The notes: generated from the sequence alone by a model not told the origin. A DNA stretch of 64,000 nucleotides from an uncultured Planctomycetota bacterium (GCA_963777695.1 CAVZRC010000001.1:1221913-1285912); one strand, 5' to 3'. Counted from the stretch's first letter, positions 34,408-45,049 are shown. Numbers and translations: made by a program.

Positions 34408-35202
34408 TCACCTCGGCTCGCCCAGTCGAAGCACGCCGCAGGTGTCCTCGTAGCTGGCCTCCAGCTCCAGCGGCACGGCGAAGTCATCCGTCAGCCACAG
34501 GGGCAGCGTGGGCAGCGGCTGCCCGATGGTCAGCGTGTGGTTCCAGGCTTCGAGCCGCCAGCCCGCCGGACCCAAAGGAGTGCCTGGGTGCGTCCAGCGG
34601 CAAGCCATGGCGTAAGTTCCGGGCGGCTCGGGCACGAGCGCCGGGTCCGACTGCTCCAGGAGCTCGAGCACCTCGCCAGATAGGTTGAAGTGGCGGGTGG
34701 TGACAAGGTCCACGATAACGACCGATACCCTTCGTTGTAACAGTGCGGCGCACTTGGCCACGAACAGTCGCCGACTCTCGGGCCGATCCTTGTTGCCCGG
34801 GCTGATGATCGCGATGGCGGCCACTAGGCGCCGCTGCCTCCGGCTATCGTAGATGAGTACCGCGAACTCATCTTGGTCCGGCAGGTCGGTTGCGGCCCGA
34901 AAGGTAGGCCGGGGTGGTGCCCAGACTGCGGGCCGGGTTGCGACGGCGACCCCGCCGGTCGTCTCTCCGCCGGTACCCCCGGCATCAGGCTCGCCGCTGC
35001 GATCGGTGTCGTAGGTGGACACATCGACCTCGAAGGAGGCACCCTGGTGAACAACGGGCTCGGCCCGGAAGCGTTCTGGCAGCCGCCGGTTCAGGTGGAT
35101 CACCGTGACCGCGGGCCAGGCGTGGTGCAGGCTCTCCCACGAGGTGATGTTGTCCAGCGGCGGGCGGAAGTGGTCGCGTAGAGGCATGATCGCTTGCTCC
35201 AA
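34408..35202 (-). CDS. DUF4058 family protein (PD-(D/E)xK-like fold family common in cyanobacteria/planctomycetes)
   Basis: MPLRDHFRPPL...IAIISPGNKD...VIVDLV pattern. Confidence 0.6.
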   Translation of the reverse strand: MEQAIMPLRDHFRPPLDNITSWESLHHAWPAVTVIHLNRRLPERFRAEPVVHQGASFEVDVSTYDTDRSGEPDAGGTGGETTGGVAVATRPAVWAPPRPTFRAATDLPDQDEFAVLIYDSRRQRRLVAAIAIISPGNKDRPESRRLFVAKCAALLQRRVSVVIVDLVTTRHFNLSGEVLELLEQSDPALVPEPPGTYAMACRWTHPGTPLGPAGWRLEAWNHTLTIGQPLPTLPLWLTDDFAVPLELEASYEDTCGVLRLGEPR

Positions 35203-35392
35203 GCAGCACCTTGAGCCGCTAGTCGTGGTTGGGATCGCCGGTCGTCGGCAGTCACGGGCCCCCGCGACGCCCGACTCCGAACACGACCCGGCGCCGGGAT
35301 CCTCGCTCGATCATTCAGGGCCGGAGTCCGGCCGTGAAGCCGCGTCGAGCGGCCGAATCCGGGCGGTGTTCGCCGTCGGTGGGCTCCGCGGG

Positions 35393-35485
35393 CCAGGCGC
35401 ACCCGTTTTTCCCCGTTTTTCCCGATGCGCTACGTCCCCGTTATTCCGTCCGCAACGTCCCCGTTATTCCGTCCCCGATTTTCCC
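35393..35485. promoter_or_regulatory. array of five CCGWTWTTCC motifs including 2x GTCCCCGTTATTCCGTCC direct repeat
   Basis: Directly visible tandem motifs 190-280 bp upstream of the DUF4058 start. Confidence 0.5.
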
Positions 35486-35525
35486 GACCAAGGTGCCACC
35501 AGGGGCGTGACTCCGGCTTCGGGCA

Positions 35526-36029
35526 TCACGTGATGGGCCTGAGGGCATTCTCCAGGGTCGTGGCGAGCTCCTCGGGGCGTTGGCTGCCGATGACGAGTAA
35601 CGACCCATCGGCCAGTTCCAGCCGGACCCCGCGATTTCCGCGGGCGATCAGCGCACGCTCGCCATCGCGACCGGATCGGATGCCCCAGAAGCCATAATCG
35701 GCGATGGGTCGGTACGTCACGATCTCGACCCGGCGCAGCTCGCCCAGCGGCACCAGCCGTCGATAGACCGGGACCCAGCCGAACCAGACGCGGATGTCCG
35801 TCGGTGTGACTTCGGTCGTCATGTGGAGGACGAAGAAGACCAGGGACATGACCAGGCCGATCCCCACGATCAGCCCCATGAGGAGCTCGATCGACCAGGA
35901 TTTCTGGTGGAGCAGTCCCAGGCCGGTCAGGACTTCCAGCGATCCGATCAGGGCGTAGACCCGCCAGTCGAAGTATTGCTCCTCGCGGAAGATGGCCGTT
36001 GCGGGTTGGAGAGTCACCACCGACGACAC
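35526..36029 (-). CDS. membrane protein with bacterial PH-like (DUF304-like) domain
   Basis: GTG start 9 nt after AGGAGG. Two TM helices then a beta-rich domain. The upstream part of track ORF 35526..36455 is discounted. Confidence 0.55.
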   Translation of the reverse strand: MSSVVTLQPATAIFREEQYFDWRVYALIGSLEVLTGLGLLHQKSWSIELLMGLIVGIGLVMSLVFFVLHMTTEVTPTDIRVWFGWVPVYRRLVPLGELRRVEIVTYRPIADYGFWGIRSGRDGERALIARGNRGVRLELADGSLLVIGSQRPEELATTLENALRPIT

Positions 36030-36031
36030 GC

Positions 36032-36901
36032 TCAGGGTCCTCCTTCGACTTCGCCGTCCGTGCTCCCAACCGACGGGTCGCGGATCCAAGGGCCCATCAC
36101 GCGGAGTAGGGCCTGGTATCCCACCTCGGCCACGCGATCGCCGGAGACCTGCCAGAGATGCGGATTCAAGAGCTCGAGCGAGACATAGCCATTGTAACCG
36201 GTCCGCGCCAATCGTTCGACGATCGCCTCGAGCGGGAAATCGCCGTCGCCGGGCAGGATCCGATCGCTGTCGCCGGCCAGCTCGCGCGGGATGCCGCTGA
36301 CGTCGCAGAGCTGGACCCAGGCGAGATGCTCCGGCGAGATCTCGTCCAGGTCCTCGAGCTTGCTCGGGCCGGTCTGGAAGTGGAACGCGTCGAGGCAGAC
36401 CCCGGCATTCCGGCTGCCGCACTGCACGACCATCGCCAGTGCCGTCTCGAGGCACGAGCAGATCGGCGACGACCTCTGGAACTCCAGCGCCAGCCGGACG
36501 CCGGACCGAGCGGCGGTCTCGGCGGCCTCGCCCAGGCTGGCGGTCGCGAACGCGAAGTCGTCGGCCGACGGTGCTCCCGTCATGGCGACGTCGGCGGCGA
36601 TGATCAGGGTCGGCACGCCCAGCTCTTGCAGCAAATCCAGCCGGCGTCGGAACAGGTCCCAGTGCGTGGCGCGTCCGGCACCGCGGGATGACAGCAGACC
36701 CCCCTGCCCCGCCGCGGCGACCGGACGCACTCCATTCGAAGACAGCACGTCGCGCGCCTCGGCGACCGATCTAGACCCGACGAACGACTCCAGCTTGGTC
36801 AGCCAGAGCTCGACGGCCGTCCAGCCGCCGCCTCGGTACGCCGCCGCGTCCTTCTCGAACGGGCTCATCAGGGTCGTCACTTGACTGATGCAGGGTCTCA
36901 T
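36032..36901 (-). CDS. sugar phosphate isomerase/epimerase (xylose isomerase-like TIM barrel)
   Basis: Xylose-isomerase-like TIM barrel pattern (LEFQRSS..., ELLNPHLWQ). Confidence 0.7.
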   Translation of the reverse strand: MRPCISQVTTLMSPFEKDAAAYRGGGWTAVELWLTKLESFVGSRSVAEARDVLSSNGVRPVAAAGQGGLLSSRGAGRATHWDLFRRRLDLLQELGVPTLIIAADVAMTGAPSADDFAFATASLGEAAETAARSGVRLALEFQRSSPICSCLETALAMVVQCGSRNAGVCLDAFHFQTGPSKLEDLDEISPEHLAWVQLCDVSGIPRELAGDSDRILPGDGDFPLEAIVERLARTGYNGYVSLELLNPHLWQVSGDRVAEVGYQALLRVMGPWIRDPSVGSTDGEVEGGP

Positions 36902-36967
36902 GGGGCATGCCAGGGCTTGACGGCGGGTCGATGATGTCGCGTGATCGGATCGGACGCGCCAATAACC

Positions 36968-38492
36968 TCACGAAATCTCGGGGATCGGCCGGCCCTCCAG
37001 CAGATCCTCGAGTGCCCGGACGGCGCCGTCGGCGGCCACACGCCACTGCCGGCAGGTGTCACGATCGCGGAACGTCACCGAGCCGTCGGCCAGGCTCTGG
37101 CTGTCAACCGTGATGCAAAATGGTGTACCGGCCTCGTCCTGACGTCGATACCGGCGGCCGATCGCACCCTTCTCGTCGTAGGAGACGTTCTGCCGATGCT
37201 TGAGCTCGCGGTAGATCTTCTCGGCCATCTCGGGCATGCCGTCGCGCTTGACCAGAGGGAAGACCGCCGCCTTGATCGGCGCGATCCTCGGGTGGAACTT
37301 GAGCACGGTGCGCGACTCGCCCGCGACCTCATCCTCGGTGTAGGCTTCGCACAGGAACGCCAAGGTCGCGCGGTCGGCACCGGCCGAGGGCTCGATCACG
37401 TGCGGCACGAACCGCTCCTTGCGGTCCTCGTCGTAGTAACTCAGGTCCTTGCCGCTGAACTTCATGTGCTGGTTGAGGTCGTAGTCGCCCCGGTGCGCGA
37501 TCCCCTCCAGCTCGCTGATGCCGAAGGGGAAGGCGTATTCGATGTCGGCCGTCGCCGTGGAGTAGAAGGCCAGCTCCTTCTCGTCGTGGTCCCGGAGCCG
37601 GAGCCGGTCCGACTGGAGGCCCAGGTCCACATACCACTGGAACCGAGCCTTCCGCCAGTAGGCGTACCACTCTTTCGCCTCGTCGGGCCGGCAGAAGAAC
37701 TCGATCTCCATCTGCTCGAACTCGCGGGAGCGGAAGGTGAAATTGCGGGGATTGATCTCGTTCCGGAAGCTCTTGCCGACCTGCGCGATGCCGAACGGGA
37801 GCTTCACCCGGCCGGTGTCGACCACGTTCTTGAAGTTGGCGAAGATCCCCTGCGCGGTCTCGGGCCGGAGGTAGGCGACGTTCGACTCGCTCTCCAGGGC
37901 GCCCACGAATGTCTTGAACATCAGGTTGAAGGCGCGGGGCTCGGTCAGCGTGCCCCGGTCGTCGGTCGAACGGCCCCACCACCTTCTCGCGATCGGCGAC
38001 GGCGAGCTGCATGTAAGGGATGATCGACGGAGGATCCGTCGGCTGCCCGAATCGCTTGGCCAGCTTGGCGGCCTTCTTCTCGACGGACTCCGCGGCCTCC
38101 TCGGCCGTCCCGCCCAGCCCGGCCAGCCAGGCCTCGGTCGGCTCGCCCTTGTGGTTGACCGCCGGGAAGACGTAGGCGAAGACGAAGATCTGGTCGGCCC
38201 GATACCGTTCCTTCGTCGCGCGACAGTCGACCATCGGGTCGGAGAAGCCGCCGACGTGTCCGGAGGCTTCCCAGACCCGCGGATTCATGATGATCGAGCA
38301 GTCGAGCCCGACCATGTCATCCCGCATCCGGACGTTGTCGCGCCACCATGCGTCCTTGATGTTCCGCTTCAGCTCGACGCCGAGCGGACCGTAGTCCCAG
38401 AAGCCGTTGATCCCGCCATAAACCTCGCTCGATGGGAAGATGAAACCCCGTCGCTTGCACAGCGAGACCAGCTTGTCCATGTCGTCCAGCAT
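36968..38492 (-). CDS. glyQS: glycine--tRNA ligase (class II, single-chain GlyQS); frameshift near 37968
   Basis: [24 protein letters not shown]-terminus. After the frame change FRNEI...[13 protein letters not shown] (motif 2/3) and a C-terminal anticodon-binding domain. Confidence 0.85.
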
Positions 38493-38578
38493 CTCGTCAC
38501 CTCTCCCGGGGCATGACCTTGGCAGGGCCCACCCCACCAGTAAGACTCGTCACGGCGGACGCGACCGCATCCGACCGT

Positions 38579-39397
38579 TCAGACCGCCATGATCAGCAAA
38601 GGATCGCGGTTCTTCAGCTCGGCGACCAGTGGGAACCGATCCAGCTCGGCCGCGGTCGCGATGTCGGCCTCGAGACCGATTCGATGGACATTCTGGCCGC
38701 CCCTCCCCATTTTCAGCAACACATCCAGGGGCCGCTCGCGAAACGATTGGGCGGCCCCGAGCCATTCCGATGCGGCCATCAGGGCTTCGTCGTTTCCGAT
38801 CCAGGACGTCGAATCGGGATCCTGGGCCGTCAGCTCGGTCAGTTTCTTGACGATCGCGCCGGCCAGCAACGAATCTTCCAGGCTGATGAAGCCTTCCGTC
38901 CCCGAACATACGATGTGGACGGGCTGCCCGTGATGTTTCTTGAGGAACGGGACGGCCAGTTCCTCGGAGACGGCGCCGAGGTTGGCGAAACTGGCGATGT
39001 AGACCCGATCGGCCTCCAGACAGGCGAAGATCGCCCGGGTGCCGTTGGTGGTCGTCATCACCAGGGTCTTCCCCTTGCAGACCTCCGGCGTGAAATCGCC
39101 CGGCGAATTGCCCAGGTCGAACCCGGGGATCGGCAAGCCCCCGCGCTCGCCGGCGAGCAACATCCAGTCGGGGGACGCGGCGGCGATGGCGCGGGCCTCC
39201 TCGATCTCGGCACAGGGGATGATCGCTTCGCAGCCGGCCGCCAGCGCGTGGACCATCACCGTGGTCGCGCGCAACACGTCCACGACCACCGCGACGCCGC
39301 CGCGGAGTCCACCCGGCGGGATCAGGCTGGGCAGCAAGTGAACGAACACCCTGGGTCGGTCCGACACATCGAGCGAGGTGGTCGTTTCCGCGGTCAT
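38579..39397 (-). CDS. comB: 2-phosphosulfolactate phosphatase (ComB) family protein
   Basis: VVVDVLRATT...GERGG..IPGFDLGNSP pattern. Confidence 0.65.
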   Translation of the reverse strand: MTAETTTSLDVSDRPRVFVHLLPSLIPPGGLRGGVAVVVDVLRATTVMVHALAAGCEAIIPCAEIEEARAIAAASPDWMLLAGERGGLPIPGFDLGNSPGDFTPEVCKGKTLVMTTTNGTRAIFACLEADRVYIASFANLGAVSEELAVPFLKKHHGQPVHIVCSGTEGFISLEDSLLAGAIVKKLTELTAQDPDSTSWIGNDEALMAASEWLGAAQSFRERPLDVLLKMGRGGQNVHRIGLEADIATAAELDRFPLVAELKNRDPLLIMAV

Positions 39398-39516
39398 GCA
39401 CCGGCTCCGTTCAACGTCACGAGGCCGGACCGATCCGCGTGGACAGGTCAGCCAGGCGCCGGTATTATAACCGCCCTCCCGGGGAAACGGGAGCGAATCG
39501 AAAATGAGGTGCACGG

Positions 39517-40407
39517 ATGCACGAGCCGAAAGGGAGATATCTCCCGCTGGCGGGACCGAGGCGATTCATCGGCGATCTGGTCCATTTCGCCCACAGGATC
39601 CCCTCGGCGCCGGTCAGTCGGACGATCGACCTCAGTGCCCTGGTCGAGCCGAGGGTCGAGCACCCTTCTCGCCCGTCCTGGGCCGCCGTGTTCATGAAGG
39701 CCTACGCCCTGGTCGGTGCCGCCCATCCGCCCTTGCGCCGGTCCCTGCTGGAATTCCCCTGGCCCCGGCTCTACGAGCATCCCTGGATGAACTGCGCCCT
39801 GGCGATCGAGCGCACTTATCACGGCGAGGAAGGCGTCTTCGTCGGGCTCTTCCGCGCCCCCGAGAACCAGTCGATCGCGCAGCTCCAGAACTCCGTGAGC
39901 TGGTACAAGAACGAGACGCTGGAGAAGGTGGGCTTCTATCGGATGGCGCTGCGATTCAGCCAGGCACCGACGCCGATTCGACGGCTCTTGTGGTGGGGGA
40001 CGCTTAACATCTCCGGGTACAAGCGTTGCAAGCGGTTCGGCACGTTCGGCCTGTCGAGCTACGGCTCGCTCGGCGCCGAGCAGCTCCACCCCATCTCGCC
40101 GTTGACGACCACTCTGACCTACGGACCGATCGACCCGGCCACGCATCGCGTGGTCGTCAAGCTGATCTACGATCATCGCGTGCTGGACGGCTCCTTCATC
40201 GCACGCCGGCTCCGCGACATCGAGGACACGCTCAATGGCCCGATCCTCGAGGAATTGCGGGGCGGGGCGATCGCGACGATCGAGCAATCGGTCGAAGCCC
40301 CGCCCATGATCGAGCCGCTCTTGAGGCCCCACCTCCCGACCTCGATGCTCGATCGCGAGGGCAGCGTGAACGATCACCCTCCCGGTTCGAGTAGCTCGCG
40401 GTCGTGA
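39517..40407 (+). CDS. 2-oxoacid dehydrogenase E2-like acyltransferase catalytic-domain protein
   Basis: CAT-like fold signature ...YDHRVLDGS. Confidence 0.5.
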   Translation: MHEPKGRYLPLAGPRRFIGDLVHFAHRIPSAPVSRTIDLSALVEPRVEHPSRPSWAAVFMKAYALVGAAHPPLRRSLLEFPWPRLYEHPWMNCALAIERTYHGEEGVFVGLFRAPENQSIAQLQNSVSWYKNETLEKVGFYRMALRFSQAPTPIRRLLWWGTLNISGYKRCKRFGTFGLSSYGSLGAEQLHPISPLTTTLTYGPIDPATHRVVVKLIYDHRVLDGSFIARRLRDIEDTLNGPILEELRGGAIATIEQSVEAPPMIEPLLRPHLPTSMLDREGSVNDHPPGSSSSRS

Positions 40408-40478
40408 TCAATCCAATGTCCCCGCGGAGGCCAGCCCGTCGAACGGCCCCCGCGAGTCCGACCACGTGAACTTTCGCC

Positions 40479-41333
40479 TCAGGTCACGGCGTCGGCTTCC
40501 TGGTCGGTCGTCACCCGGACTTCGAGGCGGCTCATCACCCGCTTGAGCGCCGCTTCTTTGGACGAGATGAAGAGCACGTTGTCCATCACCAGCGCCTTGG
40601 GGACGTTCGGGACGTGCAGGACCAGTCGGCCCGAACCGAGCATTAGCCATTCGAGGACATCGGGGATCTCTTTATCGAACTTGAGATTCATGGTGGGATA
40701 GCGCTCGAGATCGCTCAAGGGACCATGGTGGTGGAGGATCTCGTTGGGCATGATCTCCCAGTAGTCCAGCCATCGGGTGACGTAGATGACGGTGAAGACC
40801 ACCATCAACGTCACGAACACCATGATGTAGAAGCCCTTGTTGGCGACCGCGTAGATCCCGGAGAAGATCACGTGGATCGGCTTCATCAGATCCAACTGAA
40901 AGTAGGCGCTCAGCCAGAGTAGGAAGAAAAGGATCAGGAACCCGCCGAGGATCCACGCGACCAGGGTAAATCGCGGGAAGTCGAGGGCCATGATCAGCAG
41001 GTTGAAGGCCATCATGCCCAGGAACAGCATCGCCATCAGATTCTGCGGCGTCTTGAACCGATCGACCTTCGACAGACTCGTGGCCGGTTCGTCGCTCAGG
41101 CCCGCAACCTCTGGGCTGACTCCTTTCGTCGACACGGCCCTCTTGATCGGCTTGGTCGGATCATGGGTCTGGTCGTCGATGATCGACATCCCGGCGGCGC
41201 AGATCAGCGCCACGATAGCCGTGGGATACAAGAAGATCACCTTCGGCCACATGAAGATCCTGACCCCCTGTTCGCGCGGTTTGACCGGCGGCGATGACGG
41301 GGGTGTCGTGGTTGGCTTCGCGTCCGTTGACAT
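40479..41333 (-). CDS. hypothetical multi-pass membrane protein in a local low-GC stretch
   Basis: Five or more hydrophobic helices. GC clearly lower than the flanks. Confidence 0.5.
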   Translation of the reverse strand: MSTDAKPTTTPPSSPPVKPREQGVRIFMWPKVIFLYPTAIVALICAAGMSIIDDQTHDPTKPIKRAVSTKGVSPEVAGLSDEPATSLSKVDRFKTPQNLMAMLFLGMMAFNLLIMALDFPRFTLVAWILGGFLILFFLLWLSAYFQLDLMKPIHVIFSGIYAVANKGFYIMVFVTLMVVFTVIYVTRWLDYWEIMPNEILHHHGPLSDLERYPTMNLKFDKEIPDVLEWLMLGSGRLVLHVPNVPKALVMDNVLFISSKEAALKRVMSRLEVRVTTDQEADAVT

Positions 41334-41777
41334 AACAAACTGTCTCCGCGATGAAGATTTCTCATCAATCCGAACCCAAATCGGACCATCACTTTGGTGC
41401 GAACCATGAGCCGGACGACGAGGTGTGGTCATCCTAACGTCATGGCACCCTTGGGTAAAGTCCCTCATCCCTCGGGCCTGAAGAGTCGGCCGAGTCCGCG
41501 TATCGATACACCCTGACGCAGACGCTCCGGCTCACCAAGGTGTTCGTCGGCCGAGCACGAACCTTGGATTCCGGACGCAGGCCGACCGCGTCGGCATGGC
41601 CCCCGCACGCCCTGCCACAGCCCTGGGAAATCATGGCACATTTCGGGCCCGAAACCTCGCGACCATGGAATCATGTGCTACCTTCTAGTTAAGCGGTTCG
41701 GGCCGCCTTATGATGTCAGTCCGCACGATGTGGCGAGCTTAATTCCTGTATTCCTGGCAAGCCAGGAGGATCACACC

Positions 41778-42164
41778 ATGATTTACCCGCTGCGACGATT
41801 CGCGATGGTGGCCGTCGGTGCCGCGACTTTGCTGATGCTCTCCGGCGGCCTTCACCTGGTCGCCCAGGAACCGGGCGCCCCGAAGGTCAGGCTCAAGAAG
41901 GCGTTCGACCCAACGCGTCGGGTGCCGATGTACTTCGGGCAACTCGGCCTTACGGACGAGCAGCGGGAATCGATCTACGCGATCCAGGCCAAGCAGATCC
42001 CCAAGATCGAGGCGCTGGAGAAGCAGATCGAGGATCTCCGCGCCCAGATGTTGAAAGACTGCGAGGCGATCCTTACGCCGGCGCAGAAGCAGTTGCTCGA
42101 CCAGCGCCGGTACGGTGTCGCCGAGTCCAGGTCGAAGAAGGCCGCGCCGTCGGCGAAGCCTTGA
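41778..42164 (+). CDS. Spy/CpxP-like periplasmic protein (LTxxQ motif)
   Basis: Signal peptide. LTDEQRESI and LTPAQKQLL LTxxQ repeats. Confidence 0.65.
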   Translation: MIYPLRRFAMVAVGAATLLMLSGGLHLVAQEPGAPKVRLKKAFDPTRRVPMYFGQLGLTDEQRESIYAIQAKQIPKIEALEKQIEDLRAQMLKDCEAILTPAQKQLLDQRRYGVAESRSKKAAPSAKP

Positions 42165-42483
42165 GGGACGACACCAGAGGTCGTGCGATCGGCCTCTCAA
42201 CTCAAGTCGTGGCGGGGCCCACCATGGGAGGATTTGCGATCCTCTATGAGTGGACGCCTCGTCAAGTAACTTTGGATCGGTTGACCCCAACGCTTCTTCC
42301 AGTACAATGGCGCGATCGGAACCGACGGCGGATCCGGGCCGCTCGAGGTAATCGGAGCGTAAGTGCCGGTTTCTCGACGCACCCTTCCCTCCGTCTTGTT
42401 TCGAAAGAAAGGCGACGGCGACGATCCGACTTCCCGGTATTGATCCGGAGTAAGGGGGGATCGGTGCCGGATAACTCGCCAAG

Positions 42484-42570
42484 GGAGAGGTGACAGAGTG
42501 GTCGATTGTGCGGCACTGGAAATGCCGTGTACGGTAACACGTACCGAGGGTTCGAATCCCTCCCTCTCCG
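42484..42570 (+). tRNA. tRNA-Ser (anticodon GGA)
   Basis: Hand-folded cloverleaf: 7-bp acceptor GGAGAGG/CCTCTCC, anticodon loop CTGGAAA, 18-nt variable arm, T-loop TTCGAAT. Confidence 0.8.
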
Positions 42571-42745
42571 CTCAGAGTTCTTGCTCGGTAGCGATTTACG
42601 CAGGACGGTATAGGTCGGTCTCATGGCCGGAAACCCGACCTACCTCATCCGTTCTCCTCCACAGAGGCGTCTTGGATAGAGTGTCTTATTGCTGGAGACC
42701 CCATGGTTCCGCGAAGTGCCATGGGATTATCTCTCGATCGCTCAC

Positions 42746-43000
42746 TCAGGGCGGGTCATATCCTCCCGGATGCCACGGGTGGCAACGCGAGACGCGGATC
42801 AGGCCCCTGGCCAGCCCCCGAACGAGGCCATACTTCTTGAGGCACTCGACCGTGTAGCGGCTACAACTCGGCTCGAACCGGCATGCCGGTCCGAGGAGCG
42901 GACTGAGGGTCACCTGGTAGATCCGGATGAGCGCGATCAGGACGGCGATCGCGACCTGGCCGGGCCATCGCAACACCCTCATCACGCCGTTCATGAGCAT
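42746..43000 (-). CDS. yidD: membrane protein insertion efficiency factor YidD
   Basis: LIRIYQ..LSP..G..CRFEPSCSRY...HPGGYDP. Confidence 0.85.
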   Translation of the reverse strand: MLMNGVMRVLRWPGQVAIAVLIALIRIYQVTLSPLLGPACRFEPSCSRYTVECLKKYGLVRGLARGLIRVSRCHPWHPGGYDPP

Positions 43001-43096
43001 GGCTGATCCTGACCGTGCGAGGCATACGCTCGGTGTGGGTCTTCCTACGGCGGCCCTTGATCGCGAAGACTCGCCGGGAGCATTCCCATCGCCCGC

Positions 43097-43462
43097 TTAA
43101 GGTTGACTCTTCATCCGACGAACGAGCTTGCGGGAAAGGGCGGTTAACGATCGCGTTATGGCTTCGAATGACGCGTCCGGGGCTCTCGGCACGACGACGA
43201 AGTCGATCCCAGGGGGGAATTCGACTTTCGAGAGGCGAAATGCCTCGCGGATGAGCCGTTTGAGGCGGTTGCGGTCGTTCGCCGAGCGCAGCTTCTTGCG
43301 CGACACCGAGATGCCCAGGCGCGCATGGTCGCGATCGTTCTCGATCCCGTAGACCGCCAGGACCGCGTCCGACTCCCATCGCCGGCGCTGGAAGGCGCGA
43401 CGGAATGCCTCGGGCTCCTTGATCCGCTCATGCGGTCGGAGTCTTGCCGTGATCTTGGTCAT
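43097..43462 (-). CDS. rnpA: ribonuclease P protein component
   Basis: RLRPHERIKEPEAF...RLGISVSRK...RNRLKRLIREAFR. AAGGTGG is 6 nt upstream of the ATG. Confidence 0.8.
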   Translation of the reverse strand: MTKITARLRPHERIKEPEAFRRAFQRRRWESDAVLAVYGIENDRDHARLGISVSRKKLRSANDRNRLKRLIREAFRLSKVEFPPGIDFVVVPRAPDASFEAITRSLTALSRKLVRRMKSQP

Positions 43463-43713
43463 GGGCATCCACCTTGTCGTCGAGCAAATCGGGCATCCGG
43501 ACAATTCGGGGCGGCTCGAGGCGCTGCTGGATCAGGCGCCCCCGGCGCACCAGGTGCCAGATCAAGAGGATGCCGATCGCTCCCAGGGCGACCAGCGCGG
43601 TCCCCATCAGGGCGGCGACGGCACTGGCCATCCGCCGCCGAGCCTCGGGGCCTTCCTCGAGGATTCGACGCAGCCAGTTGCGACGGGGTTCGCCCGGCCT
43701 GGTCGCGGGACGG

Positions 43714-44046
43714 TCACCTTGGCGCATCGGAGTCGGCCGCGGGCGGCAGCTCCTCGAGGTCGATTGCCTCGCGGAGCCGCTCGGCCAGGTCGTGGACCCG
43801 ATGATGGACCTCGGAGAGGCGATCGTGGAGCTTCAGGATCACCTCGACCCCCGCCAGGTTGATGCCCAAATCCCGCTGATAGCTGACGATCGTCCAGATC
43901 CGGCGGATCTCGCTCGTCTCGTAGCCGATGACCGTATCGGCCTGGACTGAGCGTACCAGCCCCATCGCCTCATAGCGGACGAGTACGCCGGGGGAAACCG
44001 AGAGTTCATGTGCGACCTGGTCGCGTGGGATGATCGGTCGACTCAT
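43714..44046 (-). CDS. hspR: MerR-family heat-shock repressor HspR
   Basis: HTH ...GLVR...IRRI and coiled C-terminus. Immediately downstream of the J-domain chaperone gene. Confidence 0.75.
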   Translation of the reverse strand: MSRPIIPRDQVAHELSVSPGVLVRYEAMGLVRSVQADTVIGYETSEIRRIWTIVSYQRDLGINLAGVEVILKLHDRLSEVHHRVHDLAERLREAIDLEELPPAADSDAPR

Positions 44047-44070
44047 GGCAGCGCACGCACGATGGTAAGA

Positions 44071-45049
44071 TCACCATAACCGAAGACGCGGATTGTACGG
44101 GTTTCGTTTCGCGAACTCCTCGATCAGTTTCCGGCTCTCTTCGTCAACCGTCTTGGGAGCGACGATCTTCAGGATGACGAACAGGTCGCCTGCCGGCTTG
44201 CTGCCCGAAGCCGGAACGCCCTGGCCCTTGAGCCGGAGCTTCTGCCCGCTGGAGCTGCCCGCCGGCACGGTCAGCGACTTGAGGCCATCGAGCGTGGGTA
44301 CATCGACCTTCGCCCCCAGGATGGCCTCGGACACCGTGATCGGGACCTCCACCAGGAGGTTCCGGCCGTCACGCTGGAAATAGGGGTGGGGCTCGACGGT
44401 GACATGGATCGTCAGATCCCCGGCCGGGGCACCCTTGGGACCAGGCTCGCCTCGCCCCTTGAGGCGGAGCTTGGCGCCCGTGTCGATCCCCGGCGGGATC
44501 TTCACGACCAGGCTCTCGTGAATCCCCTCGCCGCGCTGGACCTCGATGGTCGTCTCTCCACCGCGTACGGCGGTGAGGAACGGGATGGTGAGATGGGCCT
44601 CCATCTCGCGCCCGACCCTCGGGCGACTCGACCGGCCGCCGCGCATCTTACCGAGAAGGTCTTCGAAGATCCCGGCATGGGCGCCGGAGTCCGCCTCGTC
44701 GGTCGGGGCGCCTCGCCCTCCCATGGGGAAAAACTGTGAGAAGTTGACCGAATCGAAGCCGGGCTCGCCGAACCGGAAGGAAAAATCCGACGCCCCGGAC
44801 CTGGGCCCGGCCGCCGCCATCCCCTCGAACGCAGCATTCCCGTAGCGATCGTAGTTCGCCCGTTTCTCCGTGTCGGAGAGGATGTCGTAGGCCTGCTGGA
44901 CTTCCTTGAAGCTCGACTCGGCCGTCTTGTCCCCCGGATTCACGTCCGGGTGGTATTTGCGCGGCGAGGGCCCGATAGGCTTTCTTGATCGCCTCGGGAG
45001 TTGCGTCCCGGGCCACTCCCAGAACCTCATAATAATCGCGGTCGGGCAT
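44071..45049 (-). CDS. cbpA: DnaJ-class co-chaperone lacking zinc finger (CbpA-like); frameshift near 44957
   Basis: J domain DYYEVLGVARDATPEAIKKAYRALA is in one frame and KYHPDVNPGD... continues in the other. No CxxCxGxG repeats. DnaJ C-terminal beta domains. Confidence 0.8.

Noticed and set aside
35526-36455. Long version of ORF 35526..36455 (309 aa)
   Set aside because: Upstream 140 aa are Arg/Pro-rich and overlap the TIM-barrel gene. A GTG start with AGGAGG at 36027 gives a compact 168-aa membrane protein.
43428-43727. 99-aa ORF as rpmH or a real small membrane protein
   Set aside because: No similarity to L34 (no MKRTxQPS/KRKRTHGF). Overlaps the rnpA start out of frame. Kept only as a note.
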